Made by a program: the position numbers and the translations under genes
The notes under the pieces: model-generated
What the model was told of the DNA's origin: nothing
Seen by the model: only the letters and a program-made list of their open reading frames with translations
Databases searched by the model: none
Assembly: GCA_963735035.1 (NCBI GenBank)
Contig: CAVTJJ010000003.1
Location: 736,001 to 800,000 of the forward strand
DNA from: an uncultured candidate division Zixibacteria bacterium
Lineage (GTDB): Bacteria > Zixibacteria > MSB-5A5 > GN15 > FEB-12
Direction of reading: 5' to 3'
Length of the DNA: 64,000 nt
In this document: one piece after another, positions 10,310 through 20,431 of the stretch
How positions within the stretch are numbered: position 1 is the first letter of the stretch
How the letters are laid out: every line of letters starts with the position of its first letter

Positions 10310-11638
10310 CTACGCCAGCTTCTTCATCTCACCACCGAACGCAATGCCCATATCCCTGAGCATTTCAAACGGCGGGACGCCGCCTATCTGGACGATTACA
10401 TAGTCGTTGAGAATCTCGCGCACGCCCTCATTGGTTTGCAGGACCACGCTCTTGTCTTTGATTTCGACCACCTGTGAATCGAAAATCGCGTTTACTTTGT
10501 GACCCGCGATCAGCCGCGTCATGGCGTCTTCGTTCTTCTTCTTCACCCGAAAGAAGCTGCTCTTGCGATAGGATATAGTCACCGTATTTCCGGGTTGTCT
10601 CGCCAGACCGACCGCCGCTTCGACCGCACTGTCTCCTCCACCCACCACCAACACATGCTGGTTGGTGTAAGACTGGGCGTCGACCAGTTGATACATGACT
10701 TTGGCCTGTTCCTCGCCGGGCACTTCCAGCCGACGCGGCGTCCCGCGGCGACCGATCGCCAGCACCACAAAACGGGCCGAATACTCCGCCACCGGGGTCT
10801 TGATATCAAAATGGCTGTCAACGTGGCGAACTGACTCGACTTTCTGCCCCGGGCTCATCTTCAGATGAAAGCGATCATCGATTTCGTGCCAGATGCTCAT
10901 CAAGACTTCTTTCGAATACTCATCTTTCGTCAACCAACCGTAGAGCGGAATCTCGATCGGCTGCGTCATGACCAGTTTGCGGCGTGGATACTGGAGAATC
11001 GTGCCGCCCAACTCGCGTTCATCCAGCATGACATAATTCAGACCGTATTGTACTGCTGTTAACGCCGCTGAAATGCCGGCCGGTCCGGCCCCCACGATCA
11101 CGAAATCGTAATCAGTGCCATTCCCCGGCTTAACAATCCGTCGGGCGATTTCATCGACCACCATCCGCCCCTGGGCTACGGCGTTTCTAATTAGCGATAA
11201 CCCCCCCAGTTCGCCGGCTATAAACAGCCCCGGGACCGTGGTCTCGTTGACCGGCGTAAGAACCGGTATATCCGGGCGCGTTTTGATATCCCCCAGGCCG
11301 ACCTTAAGAGCTCCCACCGGACAGGCGGTTTCACAGAAACCGTGACCCACGCACCGCTCGCCGTTGATAACTTCGGCCACGCCCCATACCACTCCCAGGA
11401 CATCACCTTCCGGACAGGACGCAACACAGGCTCCACAACCGATACACTGAGACCGATTGACCATGGGATACTGGGCTCGTGGGCGGTCGATGCCCATGGC
11501 ATGCGCTTCCTGATGGCGTTCCGCCACGACCCGTCGGTTGTTCCGAAACTGGATCAGATACGGAAAGAAAATCACGGCTGCCAGAACCGCAACACCGGTC
11601 CAAATCAGTAGATGTTCCATAGTTGTTCTAACGTTCAA
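10310..11638 (-). CDS. Membrane-anchored ferredoxin plus thioredoxin-reductase-like FAD/NAD(P)H oxidoreductase
   Basis: N-terminal TM helix; CIGCGACVASCP and CVGHGFCETACP; GAGPAG FAD motif; GGGDSAVEAA NAD(P)H motif. Confidence 0.88.
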   Translation of the reverse strand: MNVRTTMEHLLIWTGVAVLAAVIFFPYLIQFRNNRRVVAERHQEAHAMGIDRPRAQYPMVNRSQCIGCGACVASCPEGDVLGVVWGVAEVINGERCVGHGFCETACPVGALKVGLGDIKTRPDIPVLTPVNETTVPGLFIAGELGGLSLIRNAVAQGRMVVDEIARRIVKPGNGTDYDFVIVGAGPAGISAALTAVQYGLNYVMLDERELGGTILQYPRRKLVMTQPIEIPLYGWLTKDEYSKEVLMSIWHEIDDRFHLKMSPGQKVESVRHVDSHFDIKTPVAEYSARFVVLAIGRRGTPRRLEVPGEEQAKVMYQLVDAQSYTNQHVLVVGGGDSAVEAAVGLARQPGNTVTISYRKSSFFRVKKKNEDAMTRLIAGHKVNAIFDSQVVEIKDKSVVLQTNEGVREILNDYVIVQIGGVPPFEMLRDMGIAFGGEMKKLA

Positions 11639-11655
11639 GAAGTTGTCTGGTTCGC

Positions 11656-13260
11656 TTAGAACCTGTAACCAAGTTCCGACTGAATCCGGAAACCCTTGAT
11701 ATCGTCGCCCGAATCGGTCTGCAATAACAGCCCCAGCCAGTATCGACGGCTGAGATCAGCCTGTCCGGACAGCTCGACCCAGTCGTTGTGTCGATAAGTC
11801 GTCACTTGCTCGGTCCGGTAGGCGTAGCTTCCGTAAGCAGCGTTGGCCGAGTACCTGCCACCAAAATAGGTGGTGGCTCGGACCGAGTAATTGTAGCCTC
11901 GGTTGGAAGGTCCGCTAAAGCCCGCGTACTGACCCATCAAGCTGAGCCCTTGAAACAGCAGGCTCCCCTTGCGAAGCTGTACTGAATAGGACTTGGTCGC
12001 GCTCGGGTCACCGGAGCGATTGCGATACCCCGCCGACAGAGACGAATACAGGTTACCGGGAAGTGTCAGATCGCTCTGCAGCCTGACTCCCTGGCGAAGA
12101 TGGTCATCGAATAGGCTGTCGACTGTAGAGCGGCTCCCGTATGTCCAGTAGTTGGTGCGGTTGTCATAGCTGAGAGAAAACCGTACCCGGGAAGTCGGAC
12201 GGATCCAGCCACTCAGGTAGAGATTCGACAGCTCGAACGTCGTCCCGGCCCGGACCTTTCGCCAGCTCCGATTGATATCAATCTCTCCGGTATGGTTTAT
12301 TCCCCATACGCTTCCCCGGCTCAGACGTCCCTGAATAACCAGGTACTCCCGGTTGACTTCCTGCCCATGATATTCACCAACTGCACCCAGGCTCTGCTCG
12401 AAATAGGTGTTCCGATAGTCACCTGAAGAGTAGCTGAAGTATCCGCCACCTTTCATTAGAGTCAGGCCTTGCTCATCGTACAGCCAATTCGGATAGGATC
12501 CACCGAACAGACCCGCGCGGAAGCGGTTGGACATCAGCCATTCCACCAACGCGCCGTCGATGAAGCCGATCGAGCCTGTCCGATGCGGCAGAATCCGACC
12601 GATCTGAAAATTGACCGGCGCCGACGGCTCCTCGTAGCTCAGCGAAAACTCCCATAGTCGATTCTGCCAGTCGTTGCGGGTGACAGCGGACGTGTAATCT
12701 CGCCGGCGTTTGTCAAACCGACCCCTTCCTCGTACGGCCAGCGTCAGTTCGTTGCCCCAGAGATGACGAGCCGTGAGTGATACTCGCGCGGTGGTTTGAC
12801 TGAAATCGAGATTCGACACGGTTTCATCGTTCCAGTAATAATACAAGAACGACATGCTGCCACTTACCGCCGCCTGACCTGGCTTGATTCGCACCGGCGT
12901 CGGTGCGGAAACGGGCGCGGGACTTACGGCCACCGGCTTTAGCGAATCTATCGTTACCGTACTGTCGAAGTTCAGAGGCGTCTTTGGTTCGACTGCGTCG
13001 CCGGCCTGAATATCACTCGTAGAGCTGATGATCTTGCACGAGGCCGAGTGGACCGAAATGTAAACCACTTCGATCTCCGCCTTGCTACCCTGTTTGCCCA
13101 AAACCAGAAGGCGCGTTCCCACGCTGAGACCGTCCGCCTGACCACCGTCAAGATAGACATTCTCGACCGAAACATATTTGACCGCAAAACGATCCTTGGC
13201 GCTTGCAGTAGCCACCAACAAGGTTAAGCAGACTGCGAATATCAGCAATTTCTTGATCAT
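11656..13260 (-). CDS. Predicted outer-membrane beta-barrel with N-terminal soluble domain (start reassigned to ATG 13260)
   Basis: MIKKLLIFAVCLTLLVATASA signal peptide; ATGA overlap with the cytochrome stop; amphipathic strands; C-terminal SELGYRF beta-signal. Confidence 0.8.
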   Translation of the reverse strand: MIKKLLIFAVCLTLLVATASAKDRFAVKYVSVENVYLDGGQADGLSVGTRLLVLGKQGSKAEIEVVYISVHSASCKIISSTSDIQAGDAVEPKTPLNFDSTVTIDSLKPVAVSPAPVSAPTPVRIKPGQAAVSGSMSFLYYYWNDETVSNLDFSQTTARVSLTARHLWGNELTLAVRGRGRFDKRRRDYTSAVTRNDWQNRLWEFSLSYEEPSAPVNFQIGRILPHRTGSIGFIDGALVEWLMSNRFRAGLFGGSYPNWLYDEQGLTLMKGGGYFSYSSGDYRNTYFEQSLGAVGEYHGQEVNREYLVIQGRLSRGSVWGINHTGEIDINRSWRKVRAGTTFELSNLYLSGWIRPTSRVRFSLSYDNRTNYWTYGSRSTVDSLFDDHLRQGVRLQSDLTLPGNLYSSLSAGYRNRSGDPSATKSYSVQLRKGSLLFQGLSLMGQYAGFSGPSNRGYNYSVRATTYFGGRYSANAAYGSYAYRTEQVTTYRHNDWVELSGQADLSRRYWLGLLLQTDSGDDIKGFRIQSELGYRF

Positions 13261-16200
13261 GCCCGCCCCCTTGGGTGACACGAGTAGCATGATGTGCTCT
13301 GGTACTGGTAGTTCTGAACACCGGAGTGCTTTGAATCGGTATCGGTCTTGTTGTGCTCGTGACAATTGATACACTCAAAGACGGCAAACGAACCCGCACT
13401 CACGTGACAATCTGCGCAAACACTCCAACGACCGTTGTGTATTCCTGAGTAGATCGGGAAATACTGACTGTCGTGATCCCAGGTCGACGGAGTCCAGCCG
13501 GTGGTCGTATGACAGTTCTGGCAGGCTGTCGGGAAGCCCGCCGCGGCGTGGCTCGGATTCGTGGTGGTCTGGTAAGCCGTCTGATGACACGCATAGCAAG
13601 CCGTCGAAGTGCCGGTATAGCCGCTGCTATGACACGCCACGCACGTCAAAGTTGTGTGCGCTCCCGTAAGCGGGAACGCCGTGGTGGCGTGGTTGAAGGA
13701 CGATGGCGTCCAAGCCGTAGTGGTGTGACAGGTCGTACAAATGTGATCGAAATTGTTGGTCACATGGTTCGGGTCTACCACTCCCTGGTAGGCCGCCTGG
13801 TGGCAGGAATAGCATGCTGTCGAAGTTCCGGCATAACCACTAGCGTGACACGATACACAGGTCACCGTAGCATGGGCTCCCGTAAGTGGGAAAGCCGTGG
13901 TGGCGTGGTTGAAGGTCGATGGCGTCCAGGCCGTAGGTGGTATGGCAGGTCGTACAAATGTGATCGAAATTGTTGGTCACATGGTTCGGGTCTACCACCC
14001 CCTGGTAGGCTGCCTGGTGGCAGGAATAACAATCGGTCGGTGTCCCGGCATAGGCCGTGGCGTGACAGGATATACACGTCACCGTAGTGTGAGCACCGGT
14101 CAAAGTGTAGCCGGTCGACGAATGGCTGAACGACGATGGCGTCCAGGCCGTGGTCGTGTGGCAGCCGGTACAGTCTTGGCTGAAACCAGCCAAGACATGG
14201 TTGGGATTAGTGGACGACGTAAAATTACTCTGATGACAGGAATAACATGCCGTCGAAGTTCCCGTATAACCACTGGCGTGGCACGATACACAGGTCACTG
14301 TGGTGTGCGCGCCGGTCAGCGGAAATGCCGTAGTGGCATGGTTGAAAGTCGAGGGCGTCCAAGCCGTGTTGTTATGACAGGTCAAACAATTGTGGTCGAA
14401 ATTGTTGGTCACATGGTTCGGATCTACCACCCCCTGGTAGGCCGCCTGATGGCAGGAATAACAGTCTGTCGGCGTTCCGGCATAGACCGTGGCGTGGCAC
14501 GAAACGCAGGTCACCGTAGTGTGAGCCCCGGTCAAAGCGTAACCCGTCACCGTATGGTTAAACGACGATGGCGTCCAGGCCGTAGTCGTATGGCAGCCGG
14601 TACAGTCTTGGCTGAAACTCGCCAGCACGTGGTTCGGATTGGTAGACGACTCGAAATTGCTCTGATGGCAGGAATAACAGTCGGTCGGCGTGCTGACGTA
14701 ACCCCCGGCGTGACACGAAATGCACGTCACCGTAGTATGCGCCCCTGTCAGCGGGAAGGCGGTAGTGGCGTGGTTGAAGCTCGAAGGAGTCCAGCCGCTA
14801 GAAGTATGGCAGGTCTGACAGTCGGTTGGGAATCCGGCCGTTACGTGGTTAGGATTCGTAGCCGTCGCAAAGGAGCTCTGATGACACGCATAGCAGGTCG
14901 TCGGCGTCCCGGTGTATCCGGCCGCATGACACGAATTACAACCTATCGTCAGATGCTGTCCCGTGAGGGCGAACGACGTCAGGGCATGACTAAAGCTCGA
15001 CTCCGCCCACGAGGTAGTATTGTGGCAGGTCAGGCAATTGTGATCGAAATTGCCCGTCACGTGATTCGGATCCGCCACACCCTGGTAGGCCGCCTGATGG
15101 CAGGAATAACAATCGGTCGGCGTACCGGCATAAGCTGTCGCATGACACAGATTACAGGCGGTGGTAATATGGGTACCCGTCAACGTGTAGCCTGTTACCG
15201 AGTGATTATATGACGACGGCGTCCAGCCACTGGTCGTATGGCACGTTGTGCAGTCGTGGCCAAAATTGGCGAGCGCGTGATTCGGGTTGGTGCCGGACGC
15301 ATAAACGCCCTGATGACACGAATAGCAATCGGTCGGTGTGCCGGCGTACCCGCTCGCATGACACAAATTACACGCGACGTTGACGTGCAAGCCGGTCAGC
15401 GGAAAAGCTGTAGTAGCATGGTTGAAAGTCGAGGGCGTCCACCCTGCCGTCGTATGACACACCGTGCAGTCGTGACCAAACCCCTGCTGCACATGGTTCG
15501 GCGACGTAACACCTTCGAATGCGGCCTGGTGGCAACTGTAGCAGTCAGTTGGAGTCCCGGCAAAGGTAGTGCTATGGCATCCTGAGCATGTCGCGCTGAC
15601 GTGCTTTCCGGTCAGCACAAATCCGGTCGTCGAGTGATTAAACGACGACGGCTTCCACGCGGAAGTAGTATGGCACTTAGTACAGTCGTGATCGAATTGC
15701 GCCAGAACGTGATTGGGATCCGTCGATTGATCGAAAACGGCCTGGTGACAGGCATAACAAGCGGTCGGCGTTCCCTTGTACTGTGTCGCATGGCAGGAGA
15801 TGCAAGTCGCCTGAAGATGCGCACCAGTCAGCGGAAACACTGTCAGGGAATGGTCAAAAGTGGCCGGCTTCCAGCCGTAGATCGTGTGGCACTGCGTACA
15901 GTCATGCGGGTAGGCGCCCGTCACATGGTTCGGATCGGTCGTGGCAGCAAAGACAGCCTCGTGGCATGAATAGCAATCGGTCGCTAAACCGACATACTGA
16001 GTAGCGTGGCACGCCTTGCAGGCCACTCCCTGATGCCCACCGACAAGCGGAAAAGCCGCCGGGTGATGATATTCCACATTCCGCCAGGTGGATGCAGTCG
16101 GCTGATGACAAACCTTACAGTCGGTCGAAAAACCGGCCCGCGCATGATTCGGATCCTGGGTCGCCGAGTACGCCTCCGTATGGCAATCGTAGCAAACCAT

Positions 16201-16665
16201 CGGCGTGCCGGCGTACTCCTGTCGCGCGTGGCCGACATGGCAAGCTTCGCAGTCCGCGACCGCGTGCGCACCGGTCAGAGCAAATCCCCTTGAGGCGTGC
16301 ATTTCGAGCGTACTTCGACGGTTCTGCCAATCGCGCGGCGTGTGGCAATTGTCGCAGTCCTGACCAAGCTGGCCGTTGTGGCGATCAGCGTGGCAGTCAG
16401 CACAGGCAACTCCGACGTTACTAAACAGGGGACTCTTGTGGCAGCCGATACACTGCGCCGTTGCGTGCGAACCTACCAGGACAAAGCCGGTCGCATCGTG
16501 CTTGAACTGCAGCGAATCGCGCATCTTCGACCAGGATTCGGTGGTATGGCAGTCCTGACAGTCCCACTTCAAGTTACCGTGGGGGTTCTTCACGGTCGAT
16601 TGACTTAGAAGCGCACTTCCGATAAGCAATGACGCGCCAATCAGAAACAAGAAGAATCGTCTCAT
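13257..16665 (-). CDS. Giant tandem-repeat multiheme cytochrome c (~1135 aa, 46 CxxCH by manual count) split by a +1 frameshift near 13936
   Basis: Signal peptide MRRFFLFLIGASLL; 72-aa triheme repeats continue across ORFs 13840..16713 and 13257..13865; ccgtaGGtggtatgg has one extra G versus sister repeat ccgtagtggtgtga. Confidence 0.9.
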
Positions 16666-16667
16666 GA

Positions 16668-18320
16668 TTAACTGCTCCTTTCCGGAGTGATCGTGCCGTG
16701 GCAGGAGACGCAAGTGATGTCAATCGGCTTGTATTTGGCAAATAGTCCGTTCTCGTCTTTTACACTCAAATGACACTTTTCACAGAGCACCGTCCGGTGG
16801 GCGCCGTCCAGTTTGAACCGACTATTCTTATGGTCGAACTTCGTAGTCTTCCAGCTTGATGCCAAATGGCACCCCGAACAATCGGTGGCATTATCCTTCG
16901 CGAATTGACCGCGATGAGTATCCGGATGACACGATTGGCAATCGGTCCGGATACCGGTAAAGCGCACCGCTTTGATGTCTTTCGCCTGGGCGATATCGGT
17001 ATGACACTTCATACAGGCAACTTGGACGTGACGCCCTTCGAGAGGAAACTTGCTCTTCGAATGGTCATAATTGACCCGGTTCCACCCCTCGACTGCGTGA
17101 CAGAGTTCACACCCTGAGGCCGCCACCATCTTGTCCACTTGTCCCTTGTGCGGGTCCTTATGGCATCCCAGGCATTTCACAGAAGCGAAGACAAACCGCA
17201 GCTTTGAAGAACCATCGGCCGCTTTCAGCTTGTGGCAAGTCAGACACGGTACGGCTTGATGGGCGCCACGAAGCGGATAATCCGATTGATCGTGCTGGGC
17301 CATCGTGTAGCGCGCCGGAGAGTAACCGCCGACCGTATGGCACTCTTCGCAAGCGCCCTTCGACGCCCGCTTGGCGAAATCTCCATTATGGTAATCCGAA
17401 TGGCAGTCACGACAGGCGGCGAATTTCAATCCCGGCTTGGCCTGGCCTCCGCTGTGACATTTCTCGCACTTCAGGGCAAGATGCTTCCCTTCCAACGGGT
17501 AGCGCGTCTTCTTGTGATCGAAATTCACCGTATTGACCAAACGCCACCCTTCACTGCTATGACAGGAGCTACAGTTCGCCCCGAGCTTACCCTTATGCGG
17601 ATCGGTATGGCAGTCAGTGCATTGGGCAAACGGCAAGCCGACGTACTTCTGGTAGTTGGGATCTTCCGGGAGCGGACGGTCGGTCAGAAGTGGGTGACAT
17701 TTTACACAGAGAACGGTCATGTGCTTGCCTGTCAGAACATATTTGGCCGTGGCGTGGTCGAAGGCCGCCGCCGGTTTCCACGCGGTCATAACGTGGCACT
17801 TGGCGCAGACTTCACTCAATTGGCCGCGATGCTCATCCCGATGGCACGCTGTGCAGGCGGTCTGAAGTCCCAGGAAAGTCCTCTTTGGGTTAGTCTTCTC
17901 CTTCGATCCAACCGCCAGCGCGCCCATATACTTGGCGTCATGACACTTGCGGCAAGTCAGCGAGCCATGTTTCCCCTCAAGACGAAACGCGGTGGCAGAA
18001 TGGTCAAACGCGGTGTCGCCGTCTTTCCAATAGATCAGAGCAACGTCACGCCCCTGGTGCTCCACATGGCACTTCTGGCAGGAACGATAATCCTGGCGGC
18101 TGTGCAGTCCTTTGCCGGCGTCCTGCTGGTTCTTGATCCGGACATGGCAGTCAAGACATTTGTCCGGCACCAGTTCCTGATCACCACCGTGGCATTTGGT
18201 GCAGTTCTCAACTCCTTCGAGAGACGTATGCCCCTCACTTAGATCACCGGGCGAGAGCTGCGCCCGAACTGTCCCCGCCCCGAGGAAGAAAAGAAATATG
18301 AGCAGTAGGCCCCTTACCAT
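16668..18320 (-). CDS. Lys-rich periplasmic multiheme cytochrome c (20 CxxCH)
   Basis: Signal peptide ending VRA|QLSPG; repeated FDH..(F/Y).L.G.H...CxxCH units; manual count of 20. Confidence 0.92.
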   Translation of the reverse strand: MVRGLLLIFLFFLGAGTVRAQLSPGDLSEGHTSLEGVENCTKCHGGDQELVPDKCLDCHVRIKNQQDAGKGLHSRQDYRSCQKCHVEHQGRDVALIYWKDGDTAFDHSATAFRLEGKHGSLTCRKCHDAKYMGALAVGSKEKTNPKRTFLGLQTACTACHRDEHRGQLSEVCAKCHVMTAWKPAAAFDHATAKYVLTGKHMTVLCVKCHPLLTDRPLPEDPNYQKYVGLPFAQCTDCHTDPHKGKLGANCSSCHSSEGWRLVNTVNFDHKKTRYPLEGKHLALKCEKCHSGGQAKPGLKFAACRDCHSDYHNGDFAKRASKGACEECHTVGGYSPARYTMAQHDQSDYPLRGAHQAVPCLTCHKLKAADGSSKLRFVFASVKCLGCHKDPHKGQVDKMVAASGCELCHAVEGWNRVNYDHSKSKFPLEGRHVQVACMKCHTDIAQAKDIKAVRFTGIRTDCQSCHPDTHRGQFAKDNATDCSGCHLASSWKTTKFDHKNSRFKLDGAHRTVLCEKCHLSVKDENGLFAKYKPIDITCVSCHGTITPERSS

Positions 18321-19243
18321 ACCCACCCGTATCCGGTCCAGACAACCACACTGATATGAACCATCATTATGATATACATGAGAATCGCAAACGGCTTGTG
18401 GATCACATGCCAGTAATGAAACGTTTGCTGCACCTGTGCCAGCAGCGCCACCCGTCGCTGAAGCAGCGCCCTTGTGAACGCCGGTTTTGCAAATTCTCGC
18501 AGTTGTCGCTTGGGCATAGGCATGGCAACCATTATCTCATGTACAAAGCGGCGCCGCACAAACGGACGAAACAAATCGTCCACAAGCAAGAGGCCGATGG
18601 CTCGCATGGCGCCGCCCCCGAAACCGGTAACGTACCGGGCGGTCACGCCCTCGAGCTTGATGATGCCGGCGTCATCTAGTTCAAAACGATTTCGCAGTTG
18701 CTTGGTTAAATCGCCCATTAGCCCATTTAGTTCCTGAATGGTCAGTTCTGTGCCCTGGATATTTCGAGGAATCTGCAGATAAAGATAGCGGCCGAAAAAT
18801 CCGCTTGCAGCCACCGCCACCATAGACCAGAAAGCTACCGCCACCAGACCTTGTACCTTGAAAGCCGTATGTAGTACAATGAAGAGCGGTCCCATAACGC
18901 CCAGGTAAATATGAAAATCCAGCAATGACCGAAGCGAAATCTTCCGTCCCAACAACTTGGTACGCTTGCGCACCGAATAGATCAGCATCAGAACCAACAT
19001 CCCTGCTCCGGCATAACCGTACATCAGCCCTCGGGTTCCGGCGGGGCGGAATTCGCGATAGCCTAGGTCGTGAGGCCGGTCGGCATAGGGGGTCGTGTAG
19101 TACGAAAAACCGTCTATCAGAAACCAGACAAGCAGAGCTATAGAAACGAGCCAAACCAGCCAGAAGAACAGACTCCTGCCGGACTCATTATTGTGGGGTT
19201 TCTCAAGGACGGGACTGACCGCCTCAACGAGTGGTAATTGCAT
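18314..19243 (-). CDS. Inner-membrane protein with His residues in TM segments (putative b-type heme binder)
   Basis: Hydrophobic helices carrying DFHIYLG, VLHTAF, FHYWHVIHKP and VHIS; first gene of the cytochrome operon. Confidence 0.75.
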   Translation of the reverse strand: MQLPLVEAVSPVLEKPHNNESGRSLFFWLVWLVSIALLVWFLIDGFSYYTTPYADRPHDLGYREFRPAGTRGLMYGYAGAGMLVLMLIYSVRKRTKLLGRKISLRSLLDFHIYLGVMGPLFIVLHTAFKVQGLVAVAFWSMVAVAASGFFGRYLYLQIPRNIQGTELTIQELNGLMGDLTKQLRNRFELDDAGIIKLEGVTARYVTGFGGGAMRAIGLLLVDDLFRPFVRRRFVHEIMVAMPMPKRQLREFAKPAFTRALLQRRVALLAQVQQTFHYWHVIHKPFAILMYIIMMVHISVVVWTGYGWVW

Positions 19244-19593
19244 CCAGAAAACGTCCTATTTGAATGCTTATGTCATTACCAGCTATCTGGTCTACAGGTT
19301 CGACCGGGGCTCGAACCGGGTCCAATGCGTATCAGTCTTTATATCGGCAGTTTAGTAAAGCGAATCAAAGAAAAAGAAGTATTGTCAGTTTGCAGGCAAA
19401 AGGCACTGGCCCTGAAGAGCTTGTGAGGTTGCCTAACTTCAATCAATATCGCCTTCTCGAGCTCACGGGCCTGGTCAAGGGTCTGCGATCCCCCTCCGAT
19501 ATACGGGAAAATGGAGAGCAATATCGCTCGGCTTTCCCAAACCCAATACGGTTATGCGGACACGGCAGTGGACGCTGAAAGGGTGACTCTCTC

Positions 19594-20394
19594 ATGAGTA
19601 ATCTACGGGAACACTTAAAGCCAAATCAACTCAAGGGCAGCAAGCCTCGCTGTCACACACTAACGCATGGCCTACCAGAACAAGTTGCCAGGCAGCTAAA
19701 CAAGCTCGTTGATCCTTGCGGCTCGATCGCGGCATCCGACTTCTGGATGCCACGGGGTTTTGACGACATCGAGGAAGCCCAGTTGCACAACGCGCCGCAC
19801 TTGCTTGATACAAAACGGAACGGGGAAGCGCTCAAATCGTGGTGGCTCGCCTGCGCCGGCTCCACTACGCGTACACCGAACTGGGATATCGCAAGCACTT
19901 GCACGATTGAAGGCAGACCTGGCTTGCTTCTGGTTGAGGCCAAAGCGCACTGTAGAGAACTGAAGACGAAAGATCGCTGTGGCTCCGGCAATGAAATGAA
20001 TTACGAGCGTATCGGACAGGCAATACGCGAGGCCAACGACGCTTTCAACCTGATTAGGCCCGGCTGGAAATTGTCACACGAGCATCACTATCAGTTGAGC
20101 AATCGCTTTGCATGGAGCTGGAAGCTGGCGAGTCTTGGCATACCGGTTGTGCTCGTGTATCTGGGGTTTCTGAATGCAAATGAAATGAACGACCCCTTCC
20201 ATGATGAGCAATCCTGGGTTCGTACAGTACAGAGCTATGCTCGAGATGTTGTGCCCGAGAGTGTTTGGGACAGCAAATTGATAATTGGCAATACTCCCCT
20301 CTACGCGCTCATCCGTTCAATAGAGATTCCGTTGGCGTCGATTACCGCTACAACTGATGAGTTGAAGGCAAGAAGCGCAACAAGAGTCCATTAG
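19594..20394 (+). CDS. Hypothetical protein with PD-(D/E)XK nuclease-like motif
   Basis: PNWDIA...LLLVEAKAH and HYQL.NR; isolated 266-aa ORF. Confidence 0.6.
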   Translation: MSNLREHLKPNQLKGSKPRCHTLTHGLPEQVARQLNKLVDPCGSIAASDFWMPRGFDDIEEAQLHNAPHLLDTKRNGEALKSWWLACAGSTTRTPNWDIASTCTIEGRPGLLLVEAKAHCRELKTKDRCGSGNEMNYERIGQAIREANDAFNLIRPGWKLSHEHHYQLSNRFAWSWKLASLGIPVVLVYLGFLNANEMNDPFHDEQSWVRTVQSYARDVVPESVWDSKLIIGNTPLYALIRSIEIPLASITATTDELKARSATRVH

Positions 20395-20431
20395 AAGCGA
20401 CCGAAACACTACCTTCCACGCCGCTCAGCCG

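Noticed and set aside
13473..16608. Long plus-strand ORFs (e.g. 13897..15213, 438 aa) with repetitive MAG/MT motifs
   Set aside because: Antisense shadows of the CxxCH repeat gene (reverse complement of TGCCAT/TGTCAT); no independent coding signal
13257..16665. Regular DNA repeats that might be read as a CRISPR array
   Set aside because: The period is 216 bp, in frame and protein-coding, with no repeat-spacer structure; no CRISPR array or cas gene was seen anywhere in the window
19297..19317. ggttcga-ccggggc-tcgaacc, resembling a tRNA T-arm or att remnant
   Set aside because: Only a short palindrome; it matches neither tRNA 3' end in the window and no cloverleaf forms
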